From the NCBI GenBank assembly GCA_013204395.1, contig JABMNZ010000002.1, positions 1 to 58,951 of the forward strand: DNA of 58,951 nucleotides, in the 5' to 3' direction. The stretch is from Parcubacteria group bacterium. GTDB lineage: Bacteria; Patescibacteriota; Patescibacteriia; UBA9934; GWF2-40-263. Shown one piece after another: positions 26,141 to 34,522 of the stretch. Every line of letters starts with the position of its first letter. Position 1 is the first letter of the stretch. Under the pieces are notes generated by a model, which searched no databases, had not been told where the DNA came from, and was given only the letters and a program-made list of their open reading frames with translations. A program made the translations under genes and the position numbers.

Positions 26141-27010
26141 ATGAATATGAATAAAACTGTACTTATCGTGCCTCCAAATGATGCGGAGGCCATGATGATC
26201 AAAACACTGGCAGAAAAGCTTGGATTACCTACCATTGTTAGCAAGCAGCTTCACGGAGCTTCTTTAGACAAGGGCCATGACTATGTGCTAGCTGTGAAGG
26301 AGGGAGAATATACTCAGGTGATAGTTATTGAAATGCCTGGCGAGAAGTCCGAGAAGCAACTTCGTTCAATGGGTGTTGAGGTAACGATTATCGATCATCA
26401 TCATTACACGGGCCTCGATCGCGCTCATGGTCCAGATGGTGAGATTTTAAAAAGTTCTTTGGAACAGTTTTTGGCGATGTTTAAGATTACAGATCGTCAG
26501 ATAAAGGGTTGGGGGCTAGACCCCCTTATGGTGAGAGGAATTGGCATTCAGGATCGAGGATATGTTTGGTCTCTTCAAGACGAGGGCTATACCAAGTCAC
26601 AGATCGCAAAAGTAATGACTTATGCAGATGAACTCACAGCGCATCTACACAACCCTAAGACCGAGGCGCGAAAGTTGCAGCTGGCACAAGCGGCTTGGGA
26701 TCGAAGTATAAAGTGGAAGGAATTTTATATCGTATCAACGCGTGCAAATTTACAGCTCCGCCCACGTCTGTCAAAGATAGTCGCAGACGAGCGTGGTAAA
26801 CCAACACCTTTGATCATTGTTGAGCATGGTAGGGGACTTATCTATGTACAAGAATCCCCTTATGCATTACATTTGTTCGAGCGTTTTGGCGGCTTCACTT
26901 TTGGTCTCGATAGAAATTGGGGTCATAAGAATGAGCCTGGGGGCGTAAAGATAAATCTTCGAGATGTAAAAAAAGCCATTAATACCGTAAGACACGATTC
27001 GTCATTATGA
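26141..27010 (+). CDS. Conserved hypothetical protein, DHH-like (NDAE, IDHH, SSLEQ, DRGY)
   Basis: Motif recognition; start after TATAAT at 26126. Confidence 0.7.
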   Translation: MNMNKTVLIVPPNDAEAMMIKTLAEKLGLPTIVSKQLHGASLDKGHDYVLAVKEGEYTQVIVIEMPGEKSEKQLRSMGVEVTIIDHHHYTGLDRAHGPDGEILKSSLEQFLAMFKITDRQIKGWGLDPLMVRGIGIQDRGYVWSLQDEGYTKSQIAKVMTYADELTAHLHNPKTEARKLQLAQAAWDRSIKWKEFYIVSTRANLQLRPRLSKIVADERGKPTPLIIVEHGRGLIYVQESPYALHLFERFGGFTFGLDRNWGHKNEPGGVKINLRDVKKAINTVRHDSSL

Positions 27011-27975
27011 ACCCACTTATAGCATTGTCCCTGTTTGCCCTCATCGCTCTTTCCGGACTTTTTTCTGGGCTAACACTGGGACTATACTCAATCAACAAAA
27101 CAGAACTTAGTAGAAAAACTGAGCTTGGTGACAAAAGAGCCGCTCGTGTTCAGCGAGTGCGAAATAAAGGGAATCTTTTGCTTGTCAGCTTGCTTTTAGG
27201 GAATGTCGCTGTGAACTCAGCGATTTCTATTATTTTAGGAACGGTTGCGTCTGGTTTTCTTGCTGGTCTAATGGCAACTGGATTAATTGTCATTTTTGGA
27301 GAGATCATTCCTCAAGCGAGTTGTGCCCGTTACGCCATGTGGGTCGGATATCACACCGCTTGGATTGTGGAGTTGATCATGATCATCCTCTATCCAATTG
27401 CAAAACCAATTGCATGGACCTTGGACTTGGTGCTTGGGGAAGAGCTTAGGACCATCTGGTCAAAACGTGAATTAGAGCACATTATTCGAATGCATGAAGA
27501 TGATCCACGTAGTACGGTAGATGCGGATGAAGAAAGAATCCTTCTGGGGGCGTTGAGTTTTTCTGAAAAGACGGTTGAACAGGTCATGACTCCTCGTAAA
27601 GAGGTTTATCAGATTCAGAAAAACACAAAGCTCAATCAATTAGAACTTCACAAAATTCGCAAGAATGGTTTTACGCGCATTCCCGTGTACGCAAAAGATC
27701 GCAATAATATTATTGGTGTTCTTTATGCAAAGGACTTGATTGGAGCTGATCCAGATGATGCTGTCGTGGTTGAAAAGATGATGCGCACGACAGAACTTAT
27801 TCATGTCTCTAGACTCAAGAAGCTTGATAGCTTACTTAATATGATGATCAAGCGCAGGGCTCACTTAGCTGTGGTTACAGAAAAGTCTGGAGCGTTTGTA
27901 GGGATCGTAACACTTGAAGATGTGGTTGAAGAGATCATTGGTCGAGAGATCAATGACGAAGATGATGTAGAGTAA
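27007..27975 (+). CDS. CNNM (DUF21)/CBS-domain membrane protein
   Basis: LFSGLTLGL, LLVSLLLGN, IFGEIIPQ, GFTRIPVY, GIVTLEDVVEEIIG. Confidence 0.93.
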   Translation: MNPLIALSLFALIALSGLFSGLTLGLYSINKTELSRKTELGDKRAARVQRVRNKGNLLLVSLLLGNVAVNSAISIILGTVASGFLAGLMATGLIVIFGEIIPQASCARYAMWVGYHTAWIVELIMIILYPIAKPIAWTLDLVLGEELRTIWSKRELEHIIRMHEDDPRSTVDADEERILLGALSFSEKTVEQVMTPRKEVYQIQKNTKLNQLELHKIRKNGFTRIPVYAKDRNNIIGVLYAKDLIGADPDDAVVVEKMMRTTELIHVSRLKKLDSLLNMMIKRRAHLAVVTEKSGAFVGIVTLEDVVEEIIGREINDEDDVE

Positions 27976-28036
27976 ATAAAAAAAAGTGGGTTTACGCGTT
28001 GACCCACTTTTTTTATTGCCAACGGTGTGTTTAGCA

Positions 28037-28065
28037 TTGACATGGCCATACTTCTCGGGTATAAA
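28037..28065 (+). promoter_or_regulatory. sigma70 promoter for Smr gene
   Basis: TTGACA-17nt-TATAAA. Confidence 0.6.
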
Positions 28066-28095
28066 TCAGTGTCACCAAATTATATGGAGGTAGAC

Positions 28096-28392
28096 ATGAA
28101 TCATTCACATGAGACAGCCGTGTTTGCCGCCGAGTTGGGTGAAACCCCTACGGTGGACTTGCACGAAGCACTCGATACTCGCGATGGAGTGCAGGAACTC
28201 GAGAGGTTTCTCGATAGTCAGTTTGTTGCTGGAACACCTGTGGTGAGAATCATCCACGGACGTGGCACGGGCGCTATGCGCCAAGCGGTTCACGATGCCC
28301 TCAGTACAAGTCCCTACATTGTGTTCTTCAAAGACGCGACAGGTGGGCACAGTGCGGGTGGAGTCACCTTCGCCGTACTCGATACCAGATAG
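28096..28392 (+). CDS. Stand-alone Smr/MutS2-domain protein
   Basis: VDLH..RIIHGRGTGAMR..GGVT; GGAGG SD. Confidence 0.88.
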   Translation: MNHSHETAVFAAELGETPTVDLHEALDTRDGVQELERFLDSQFVAGTPVVRIIHGRGTGAMRQAVHDALSTSPYIVFFKDATGGHSAGGVTFAVLDTR

Positions 28393-28481
28393 CGCCTGGG
28401 GAAACCCCGTTACGACCGAGCCTCTCGCAGGCTCGTTTTATATTTGTCGCTCTAGATTAACCGCGCTACACTGTCTCTATT

Positions 28482-29066
28482 ATGAAACCTATCTTTATTG
28501 GTTTAGCGGGGCTTTCAGGTGCTGGCAAATCTACGTTGGTAGATCATTTAGAGGCTCAAGGCGGGGTAAATAGATTTAGGTTAGATGCTTATTATAAGAC
28601 CGCGACAGATTGCCCAAAGCTTCCAGATGGGAGGTTGCATTGGGATCTACCAGAGAGTCTGTATCTTGATGAAGTCCTCCAGGCGTTAGTAAATCTTCGT
28701 GAGGGGAATGATATTTTTCTTCCTATCTATAACCGAAGACTTTGTGAACGGACTGGTCAGATATTATACAAGCCTGCCCCAGTTATTTTTGTTGAAGGAC
28801 TACAGTTGTATGCCAGTCCGGCTATTCGAGAACTATTTGATTTACGTCTTTGGTTAGATATCGATGAGGATTTAGCGCTGGAACGTCGATTGCAACGCCA
28901 GCCAGATTACGATACGGAATATCATCGAACAGTTGCTCTTCCCGCTCAGAGAAAACATGTTGCGCCGTTGCGGATCCACGCCCATGGAATTATCGATGGA
29001 AGTCAGTCTATCAAGACGGTTGCAGAAACCACTGACCAGATCATCCACCAGTTTCTTGGGTTGTAG
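28482..29066 (+). CDS. Uridine kinase-like P-loop kinase
   Basis: GLAGLSGAGKST, LDAYY, WDLPES, IFVEG. Confidence 0.85.
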   Translation: MKPIFIGLAGLSGAGKSTLVDHLEAQGGVNRFRLDAYYKTATDCPKLPDGRLHWDLPESLYLDEVLQALVNLREGNDIFLPIYNRRLCERTGQILYKPAPVIFVEGLQLYASPAIRELFDLRLWLDIDEDLALERRLQRQPDYDTEYHRTVALPAQRKHVAPLRIHAHGIIDGSQSIKTVAETTDQIIHQFLGL

Positions 29067-29093
29067 AGGATCATCGCGTACAATAGAAGAACT

Positions 29094-30311
29094 ATGTGGC
29101 GACTCGAATCAGTACATGAACGTTCAGAGGCAGAGTATCTCGATCAAGCGATCGAGCGTATTGAAGGTGACCCGCTTTTACGAGAACAAGCTGATGCATT
29201 GCTTCATGGTGCTTCAGCTCAGGAGCCGATGATTACTCAGCTATTAGATACTCCGCAGGATATTCGTTTTCACGCAGAAGGACCCATTGTAAAAGATCAC
29301 CTTCGACTCATGCTTACTGGTTTATATGCCTTGGCAGAAGGAAAACTTCACCTTATTGATATCGAAGAGTTTCGTCGTCTTAAAGGTTTTGAAGGAGAGA
29401 TTGATGAGCTTGAAGAGATAATAAAAGAGAATGTTGGTTTGTTTGAAGTGTTTACTCTTGTACATGACGTGGCTAAATACTCGACCATAACCTTTTCTGC
29501 TCCAGAGGGATCTCGTGGAGCAGATCTGGGTTTCAACTCCCCACAGTCTCACCATTTTGATGAAGCGGCACATGAGCGCGCTGCCCTACGCGGACAATAT
29601 CAAGATTTATTTAAAGAATTTTCTGCCATGCACTCGACGGCATCTGATCGTGAGATCCAAGTACAGTTTTCGCTTACGTATGGGATTCAGATTCATTATC
29701 CTCACCACGGCAGAAAAATTCATGCACCAATGTATGAGGATCTTTTAGATAGATTCTGTGAAGCCCATCAACTTCCATCCCGTGACAGGGATTTGTTAGA
29801 TGATCTCATTGCCCATCACATGGAGTTCAATACTGATTTTGGGAGAGAAAAAGTAAGTTCCATGCGGCGCTATATGCACCTGGCAAAAAAGCGAGGATAT
29901 GATGCTGATGATTTTATTGATCTCATGCAAGGTTGCCTGTTTCTCGATGCGGTAATTGGATCAAAGCGATTGGCTCCGCATGGGTACTGGCATGATCCAA
30001 CACCTCTTGAAAAGTGTTTACGATCAGAACATGATTGGGCACCTGAGCGTCGTATGGAAAGAGCTAAGATGAATGAATCGAAGGAATCTCGAGAAAGAAA
30101 CAAGGCTTTTCAGGGTGCTGGTCTTGATGGGTTGTCTCTTATGGACCTCCTTGGAATGGATGCGGGTAAAGAATTTGGAATCTCTCTGAGACGTATACAG
30201 GCTGCCATTCTTGGAAAAGGAGAGATGCCACGTTTTGAAAAGAAGATAGATCAAGAAATAAGTGTGAGAGCTGGTGAGTACTACAAACAAGTTTTTCAAA
30301 AGGGGGAGTAA
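29094..30311 (+). CDS. Hypothetical protein with HD-domain-like motifs
   Basis: DH, LVHDVAK, HGR, IAHHM, FLDA in HD-like order. Confidence 0.6.
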   Translation: MWRLESVHERSEAEYLDQAIERIEGDPLLREQADALLHGASAQEPMITQLLDTPQDIRFHAEGPIVKDHLRLMLTGLYALAEGKLHLIDIEEFRRLKGFEGEIDELEEIIKENVGLFEVFTLVHDVAKYSTITFSAPEGSRGADLGFNSPQSHHFDEAAHERAALRGQYQDLFKEFSAMHSTASDREIQVQFSLTYGIQIHYPHHGRKIHAPMYEDLLDRFCEAHQLPSRDRDLLDDLIAHHMEFNTDFGREKVSSMRRYMHLAKKRGYDADDFIDLMQGCLFLDAVIGSKRLAPHGYWHDPTPLEKCLRSEHDWAPERRMERAKMNESKESRERNKAFQGAGLDGLSLMDLLGMDAGKEFGISLRRIQAAILGKGEMPRFEKKIDQEISVRAGEYYKQVFQKGE

Positions 30312-30320
30312 CTAGTTGCT

Positions 30321-30866
30321 ATGATGTCCTATTTACAAGGAACAGTTTTGCATCAGGGGAAAGGATATGTGATCGTGGAAAATGCTGGAGTTGGTTACAA
30401 GATTTCAACGCCAGAATCTATGGCACGTGACTTTCATGGGGAAGTCACGTTGTTTTTGCATGAGGTTATCCGTGATAGTGAGCGGGAGTTGTTCGGATTT
30501 TCCTCCATCCAGCAGCTGGAACTTTTTTGGAAACTCATTTCGATTTCTGGAGTGGGGCCACGAGGAGCTCAAAAAATTGTTTTTGCCGATAGGATCGATC
30601 AGGTAAAAGCAAAAATTATGGCAGGAGATTTAACGGCTCTCACGAGTGTACCGGGTGTTGGTAAGAAAACGGCACAGAAGATTATTTTGGAGCTCAAAGG
30701 TGTTTTTGCTGATGATACAGACGTTTCCGCACTTAACGGAGAAGCAATCGATGCCCTTGTGGGGCTAGGGTATGCTAAACGTGATGCTGAGGCGGCCCTA
30801 TCTGGACTTGAGTTAGATGATACTGAGGCTTGCATACGAGCAGCCCTTAAACGATTATCCATGTGA
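30321..30866 (+). CDS. ruvA: Holliday junction branch migration protein RuvA
   Basis: GVGY, LFGF, ISGVGP, VPGVGKKTAQKIILEL. Confidence 0.96.
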   Translation: MMSYLQGTVLHQGKGYVIVENAGVGYKISTPESMARDFHGEVTLFLHEVIRDSERELFGFSSIQQLELFWKLISISGVGPRGAQKIVFADRIDQVKAKIMAGDLTALTSVPGVGKKTAQKIILELKGVFADDTDVSALNGEAIDALVGLGYAKRDAEAALSGLELDDTEACIRAALKRLSM

Positions 30867-31792
30867 TCGATAAAGAAATTTGGAATCAGTTTGTCTTAAA
30901 GAATAGCCCACGTTCGGGCGCTTTTTTGCAGTCATGGGAATGGGGAGTATTTCAACGATCGATTGGGGAGAGCGTGCGCAGAAAAGTTTATCGGGAAGAA
31001 GGTGAGATTGTCGGGGTTGGGCAGTGGATTGATCGCGCCATCCCGTTTATTGGAAGTTATAGCTTTTGTCCTAAGGGTCCAATTGGTAAGTGGCAGCCGA
31101 ATGAAGATGGCCAAATGTTTCTTAGGGTCGAGGCCAACGATTCAGATCTTCCTTCTTACGCTCGTAAAACCATTGATTTAGATCCGGCCAACACACTCAT
31201 TACAAATCTGTCTTTGAGTGAAGAAGCATTGCTTGCACAAATGCATCATAAGACGCGCTATAACATAGGCCTTGCTAAGCGACATTGGGTACACATCCAT
31301 GTTAGGTCATCAGATTTCGACAACGCATGGGAGCTCTTTGAGCAGACGGCGGCCCGTGGTGAATTTAAACTACATTCTCGAGACCACTACGAAAAAATGC
31401 TTGAGGCACTGGCGAAAGAGCCATGCAGGGCTTTTCTTGCGACAGCTTCCTATGAAGATAGGGTCATTGCTGCCAACATCATGATTGATTTTAAGGGTAC
31501 ACGAACGTACTTACATGGTTCATCTGGTGGCGAACACCGAAAGATCATGGCACCATATCTGCTTCATTGGGAATTGATGAAAGACGCAAAAGCACATGGA
31601 ATAAAATCCTATGACTGGTGGGGCGTTGCTCCTGAAGGAGCTAAGCATCACCCATGGGCAGGTATATCTAGATTCAAACGTGGGTTTCATGGAGAAGATG
31701 TGAGTAGTCCCGGCACATTCGACTTGGTGAATAAACGTGCTGCTTACAAGCTCTACAAGATGGCTCGTAAGATTCGAAGAAAAATATCATAA
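30863..31792 (+). CDS. FemAB/FemX-family peptidoglycan bridge aminoacyltransferase
   Basis: FLQSWEWG, KTRYNI, YLHGSS, APYLLHW, YDWWG, RFKRGF. Confidence 0.92.
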   Translation: MIDKEIWNQFVLKNSPRSGAFLQSWEWGVFQRSIGESVRRKVYREEGEIVGVGQWIDRAIPFIGSYSFCPKGPIGKWQPNEDGQMFLRVEANDSDLPSYARKTIDLDPANTLITNLSLSEEALLAQMHHKTRYNIGLAKRHWVHIHVRSSDFDNAWELFEQTAARGEFKLHSRDHYEKMLEALAKEPCRAFLATASYEDRVIAANIMIDFKGTRTYLHGSSGGEHRKIMAPYLLHWELMKDAKAHGIKSYDWWGVAPEGAKHHPWAGISRFKRGFHGEDVSSPGTFDLVNKRAAYKLYKMARKIRRKIS

Positions 31793-31837
31793 AAATAAAA
31801 ACACACCGGCTCGCTTGCCGGTGTGTTTTGTTGTTGA

Positions 31838-32974
31838 CTAACTTGTTGGGCGGATTTTGAATTCTTGATTGAGCTTCTCCATTGAATCCACCATGCCGGT
31901 GTAGGAGAGTTCTGCTTCGCTTGCCATGTTGGCACCAATGAAACCACCACGTCGCCATTCCTCTGCTTTTTCTTGAATCTTAAGGCGAGTGTGATCCCAT
32001 GCAACATTATCAAACATGTCTACGTACTCGTCTGTGAATTTACCTGTAGCATCCATTGAAAATGCTAGGCATGAGACAAGTGGTAGGCAATATGGGCCTG
32101 TTACAGGCGTACTAATTGCAACTGGCATGATTGGCATTACGTGAGAGCCACGCGCACCGCCGGTTACATAGTGCCCTAACATGAATGGTTCAAGTGCTTC
32201 CTCTGGAGCAGGGAACATTCCCTGTGTCCGAACGATAGCAATCGGATCATCTTTTCCTACGTACTTTCCAGCTACATTGTGTAGTCGTGTGGCACTGATA
32301 GATGCGATCTGCTCTTCTGGTGCATGACGTGATCGAATCTTTTCAATTGCGTAACGATCTGTGTTTTGTAGAAGTACTGCAAGGTCCCAGATTCTCTCCG
32401 GAAGGTTGATATCAATCACTCGATCTCCTTCTTTGTTTTCCATGTCGATCACAGTGACCATGAATCCCTTGCGGAGCTTTGGATTGAGAAGCAATCCTCC
32501 GTTTCGCATTGGGTCGCAGAAAATGGAATAGAGTGGATAGTTGTATGCGCCTGGGCCACACTTGTCAGCGGCAAATACCAGGAACGCTTCGGCTGGACGG
32601 TCTTTATTATCATCACTTCTTTCAAACTCGATCTCTGCAACAGCTGGGCCTGCGCCATTTACATTGCCAGCTGGTGCGTCTACGAGCAGATCTTGTCCTG
32701 CCCCGTACAGACCATGTTTTGCTGCCACTCCAGTAGCAGAAGTGAATAAGTTCCATGCAAACATATGGATCTTCTCTGCGTTCTTGCCGTGAGTGTGACT
32801 CATCATTATGGCAATGTCGTCCCCCGTATAGGTGACAAGGCCGTCAATGAGTAGTCCTTGGTCTACTGCGGCGCGGACTAAAGAGCGGATGTGTTCGAGC
32901 ATCTTTTCGCTCGGCTTGGTGTGTCCCCCTATGGAGCCGATATCGGCTTTAATCACGGAAAAAGTGATCTTCAT
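31838..32974 (-). CDS. fbp: Bifunctional fructose-1,6-bisphosphate aldolase/phosphatase (FBPase class V)
   Basis: IKADIGSIGGH, GDDI, LYGAGQDLL, GKYVGKDDP, RGSH; start reassigned to MKIT. Confidence 0.92.
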   Translation of the reverse strand: MKITFSVIKADIGSIGGHTKPSEKMLEHIRSLVRAAVDQGLLIDGLVTYTGDDIAIMMSHTHGKNAEKIHMFAWNLFTSATGVAAKHGLYGAGQDLLVDAPAGNVNGAGPAVAEIEFERSDDNKDRPAEAFLVFAADKCGPGAYNYPLYSIFCDPMRNGGLLLNPKLRKGFMVTVIDMENKEGDRVIDINLPERIWDLAVLLQNTDRYAIEKIRSRHAPEEQIASISATRLHNVAGKYVGKDDPIAIVRTQGMFPAPEEALEPFMLGHYVTGGARGSHVMPIMPVAISTPVTGPYCLPLVSCLAFSMDATGKFTDEYVDMFDNVAWDHTRLKIQEKAEEWRRGGFIGANMASEAELSYTGMVDSMEKLNQEFKIRPTS

Positions 32975-33070
32975 AGAACCTTGATAAGGATTAAGACCTT
33001 TATTGTAGCATAAGAAAAAGTACCCATGCGTAGGGTACGTGCAACGTTTTTTTAAGGTGTCAGGTGACAC

Positions 33071-33583
33071 CTAGTCTTCTTGCGAGGAGTCGTCATCTCC
33101 TTCTTCGTCAGCTGGCTGCCATGGAAGCAGGGTGAGGGAGCCGATGAAATCGACGCCCACCTCCAGTCGCGTGCGTTCTGTGTTGAAGAGTCCGTCAAAG
33201 GTGAGAGTCACCCCTTCCAGCTTGATGTATCCCGAGAGGACCTCATTTGCGACGGTCAGCCCGTCGATCTCTTCTGTTTCCGGACCCTCAAACGGTTTCC
33301 ATCCCCCTCCGTGGAAAAACTCCAGACCTTCTGACAGCCGAACTTGTGCTTCAAGCCTTTCGTCCTCGTCGCCCGAGAAGGTGATTCGGACATTGGCCTC
33401 ATTGTCCGTGATGCGCACCAAGGCACCTAGGTCTGCGTCGATGAGCATTCCCTGGAAGGCCATACCAGAGAGATCGCCCAGTGAGTTGTCGTCTTGAACC
33501 CCATTAGCACACCCTGCAATCAGGAACCCGCTAAGGAGAAAGGGAATAAGCCTCGTGAGGCCGGGTCCGGCGTTCTGCCGCAT
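33071..33583 (-). CDS. Accessory acidic lipoprotein, hypothetical
   Basis: GGAG-type SD; lipobox LIAGC. Confidence 0.7.
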   Translation of the reverse strand: MRQNAGPGLTRLIPFLLSGFLIAGCANGVQDDNSLGDLSGMAFQGMLIDADLGALVRITDNEANVRITFSGDEDERLEAQVRLSEGLEFFHGGGWKPFEGPETEEIDGLTVANEVLSGYIKLEGVTLTFDGLFNTERTRLEVGVDFIGSLTLLPWQPADEEGDDDSSQED

Positions 33584-33665
33584 GACGGGCTCCTTTCTCC
33601 TCCATCTCTGAATTCACTATACCACAGGAAAGTACTTATTTATGTAGAAATTCTGTCGGGATGGG

Positions 33666-33694
33666 TTGACAGAATGTAAAAAATCTGGTATCTT
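33666..33694 (+). promoter_or_regulatory. sigma70 promoter overlapped by 8-bp inverted repeat (33650-33675)
   Basis: TTGACA-17nt-TATCTT; ATTCTGTC-10nt-GACAGAAT. Confidence 0.6.
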
Positions 33695-33898
33695 ATCCAC
33701 GCTGCCGCCGGTACATCCGGGGGCCACCAACGGTTCGCGGCTGATCATCATGCCCCGCACCGTCCTTGAGCCGGGCGCCCTCTGCCCAAACACATCAAAC
33801 CCCTAACGTCGCAACAGGAGGTATAGAAGGTGACCTACAAGTACCCTTCAGAGTTCTTCTAGATCTAGGTTCGTAAGGACCTCGGCGCTTGATAGGAT

Positions 33899-33929
33899 AA
33901 AAAAGCAAAACCGCCGATGTCCCCTCGGC
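33899..33929 (-). terminator. Possible minus-strand terminator
   Basis: GCCGA-GGGGACA-TCGGC then GGTTTTGCTTTTTT. Confidence 0.45.
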
Positions 33930-34290
33930 TGGGAGAGTGTCCCAGTGTAGCCGGCCCAGCCGTGAGTTCGCCAGGCAAAGACGCCTGCGAAACATTGCCA
34001 CTGGCCCAGTTATCCTTGAACCCGCGCTCGCTCGATCTACGCAGCGCGGCCCTGGCATAACAACAAGGAGCGTCATGCTTCCGAGCCACTTCCTGTAGCA
34101 ACTTCAAGATCTCCGCCACCGTGAGCGTTTCACGGTTTCTGTAATATCTCGCACCCGGCCCAGTCTGATCGCGGGCGGTTCGAGATCACAATGAAAACGG
34201 TAGGAGGCACCGTGTACCCGTCCCACTTCGGTTAGGTACGCCATGACCCGTTGTTGAAAGACAACCGAGTTGGAAACAGCTCTGAAGACG

Positions 34291-34341
34291 GCCCCACCCC
34301 TCACGCATAAAACGCGCGTGACGGGTGGGGCTCTTTCGTTT
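34291..34341 (+). terminator. Long hairpin terminator
   Basis: GCCCCACCC..TCACGC/GCGTGA..GGGTGGGGC then TCTTTCGTTT. Confidence 0.55.
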
Positions 34342-34409
34342 AAACAAAAAATAGATCCTCGATGGACCTATTTTTTAGTCTCTACTCCACCCAAACAACT
34401 GGTAACAAC

Positions 34410-34483
34410 GGCGAAAGACGTTGGTGACAAATTTTAGTCGGCTTTCTGTCCAGCCGATCTCAAATTTAGTCCCAACGGCTGTT
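34410..34483 (-). repeat. Intergenic hairpin repeat family copy
   Basis: Reverse complement of AACAGCCGTTGGGACTAAATTTGAGATCGGCT..GCCGACTAAAATTTGTC..CGTCTTTCGCC. Confidence 0.85.
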
Positions 34484-34522
34484 AGCCAAATAATCAACAC
34501 ACTTATCTTATCAACAAACCAG

